Translations under genes and position numbers: made by a program
The notes under the pieces: generated by a model
Databases searched by the model: none
What the model was told of the DNA's origin: nothing
What the model saw: only the letters and a program-made list of their open reading frames with translations
Shown here: positions 59,660 through 61,367 of the stretch, piece after piece
Position numbering within the stretch: the first letter of the stretch is position 1
Layout: each line of letters starts with the position of its first letter
Assembly: GCA_964356315.1 (NCBI GenBank)
Contig: CAYHHA010000007.1
Span: 1-61,367 of the forward strand
Direction of reading: 5' to 3'
Source: an uncultured Gammaproteobacteria bacterium
Lineage (GTDB): Bacteria; Patescibacteriota; Microgenomatia; UBA10105; UBA927
Length of the DNA: 61,367 bases

Positions 59660-60022
59660 TCACGTGGTAAGTTCCCAAATGTGGTTATCGGGATCTTTGA
59701 AATATGCGACGGTCTGTCCCCACGACATTGTGGAGGGTCCAGAAAATATCTCTACCCCCTTATCTTTCATCTCTTTACAGCTTTTTGCTATGTCCTCTAC
59801 CTGATATGCATACACCGCCCCACCACCGGTATTCATGTGACCAGAAGGAAACATCGATACCGCCTGATCTTTTTGAAAAATAGCTAAGAGTGTATCTCCG
59901 ATTTTGAAATCTGCATATTTACCATCAACAGAGTTCACAACTAATCCTAGTCCATCTCGATAAAATATCATCGATTTTTCAAAATCTGAAACAAGTAAAC
60001 AGACTGCGTAAAGCTTTTTCAT
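59660..60022 (-). CDS. VOC/glyoxalase family protein
   Basis: V.D......FY...LG and WG....YFKDPD. Confidence 0.9.
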   Translation of the reverse strand: MKKLYAVCLLVSDFEKSMIFYRDGLGLVVNSVDGKYADFKIGDTLLAIFQKDQAVSMFPSGHMNTGGGAVYAYQVEDIAKSCKEMKDKGVEIFSGPSTMSWGQTVAYFKDPDNHIWELTT

Positions 60023-60107
60023 AAATAAAGTATACACCGCCCAAAAACTATTGCACAATTCCCTACTACGGATGATTTGCGGTATAATAAACTCCTGTAT
60101 ATGATCT

Positions 60108-60476
60108 TGCGGGATCGTATTTCATACTGAGCAAAGCTGCGAGATCGTACTGTGTCCCTCGAAGCCCGAAGGGCGAAGTGGGATAATGGTAGACGTCCCG
60201 CTGAGCGGGATTATCTAGGTTCATTGAAAATATACATATGTTAGCAAAGTTGCGGGATCGTATAATGGTAGTACGCATCCCTCTGGAGGATGTTATCTAG
60301 GTTCGAGTCCTAGTCCCGCAGCTTTGCCAATATTTTGGTGCCGATAGCAGTACATCGTCCTAGTCCCGCAGCTTTGCTCAGTAATAATAGTAGTACGTCC
60401 CGCTAAGCGGGATTATCTAGGTTCGCCCGCCTGCATCGCTTTGCGAAGCAAATCGGGAAGGAGTCCTAGTCCCGCA
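60108..60476 (+). pseudogene. Two split, degenerate tRNA-Gln copies nested around the intact gene
   Basis: Fragments at 60108-60120, 60138-60222, 60357-60370 and 60384-60476 match parts of 60251-60321. Confidence 0.8.
60251..60321 (+). tRNA. tRNA-Gln (anticodon CTG), no encoded CCA
   Basis: Acceptor TGCGGGA/TCCCGCA, anticodon arm CATCC-ctCTGga-GGATG, T arm CTAGG-TTCGAGT-CCTAG. Confidence 0.95.
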
Positions 60477-60589
60477 AAAATTCTAATTGAGATTTTGATA
60501 TCTATGCATCATTTCCAATCTATTTTGGGGATGCCAAGTTCAACGAGATATGCATTACATAAACTAAAATAATAGTTTCCATAAAATTT

Positions 60590-61270
60590 TGTTACAGAAA
60601 ATGGAATATAAACAACAAGCTCGGAGAAAGGGTCGGGAATGCAAAGGGCGTTAGCGCTATCTATTATTCAGGTTTAGGCAGATATGACGTCTGGCGGTAA
60701 AGAAGATGTTTCAAAACCATTAATATTCTTAATTGATTAGCCTGAAACTTTTCTACATCCACAGACACAAAATAGATTGCTTGATTCACTTGAGAAAATA
60801 TCCAAAAAAGTCCCTGGTCTTTGTTGTTACACATTCACCATATTCACTAAAAAAATATAGAAGAAACACATTCAATGAGTGTTTTTTCGATAGAAGATGG
60901 GTATAACAGGGTTGACGCGAGAATCGAATTTGATTTGTTTGACACTTCGAGTCCAACTTGGGGTGAAATCAATTATTATGCTTTTAGGATCCAATTGTTG
61001 AATTTCATAACGAACTTTATGGATTTATCCAAGCAAAGACAACAGATGAAAATTCAAATAATAAGAAAGAAAAATGTTTTGATAATTATATTGTCTCAAA
61101 AAGCATTTCAAAAATAAAAAAATGAAAAATGCTAAAAGGAGGTATTTTACAGACTGAAAATGACAGAACTTTAGCGAGATATATTAGGATTTTATTCATC
61201 ATACAGAAAATATTGAAATGATTAGATACACGAAGGATAAATTGGAAATATCAACAGATATGTTGATTAA
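60590..61270 (+). pseudogene. Decayed ABC/OLD-type ATPase with probable C-terminal HEPN-like motif (boundaries approximate)
   Basis: EKGSGMQRALAL..Q V*AD, LID*PETFLHPQ, THSPY, SPTWGEINYYAF, YIR../IHHTEN; several stops and frameshifts. Confidence 0.75.
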
Positions 61271-61367
61271 GTAGTTGTGTAAATGATCTTTTTTTTGGTG
61301 ATATATGTGATCGAGTTAAGTGACGTTTTGTGTTGGTAAAAGTGGAAGTTTAGATCATTAAAACGCC

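Noticed and set aside
12798-59887. Numerous short antisense or overlapping ORFs in the track
   Set aside because: They are shadows of well-supported genes with no independent motifs.
60670-60745. TAG read-through (recoding) in the ATPase gene next to tRNA-Gln
   Set aside because: The anticodon is CTG, not CTA; TAA stops and frameshifts are also present; other genes end normally in TAG.
1-61367. DGR, retron, prophage or IS element
   Set aside because: No reverse transcriptase, phage structural gene or transposase recognised in the window.

Overview
Low-GC bacterial chromosome segment. Gene content, the CCTGCCTGCCGGCAGGCAGG palindromes and heptamer repeat tracts suggest a Patescibacteria/CPR (Microgenomates-like) genome; this is an inference. 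Bases 1-10.4 kb are an accessory island: the start of a minus-strand operon that runs off the left edge, then cargo (ART-fold-like protein, two BrnT/CopG-type TA pairs, AbiEi/AbiEii, a membrane zincin, a Mesh1-like HD protein). The cargo is separated by repeated boundary elements. These encode short minus-strand peptide tails in two families (YTCWDxIGTYL x2, with mostly synonymous differences; PSAFYFEPVxxWLxKLIE x3) and include a duplicated ~290-bp element with a covarying ~105-nt fold. I read this as a tandem array of attachment-site-like ends that would give a recombinase alternative C-termini, but the recombinase is not in the window. The core region holds cspA, glgA, pdxST, lon, a 2-oxoacid:ferredoxin oxidoreductase-ferredoxin-SUF run, methyltransferases, DHFR plus a CofE-like ligase, an envelope-modification cluster with a two-component system and MacAB-like exporter (four matching operator/promoter boxes), Zur/ZIP, a RecD/Dda-like helicase, a cytochrome b5/ferric-reductase module with a second two-component system, and satP. 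The right end has a tRNA-Gln(CTG) nested inside two split, palindrome-invaded copies of itself, followed by an ABC-ATPase/HEPN-like pseudogene. All protein calls come from motif recognition; no database searches were run.
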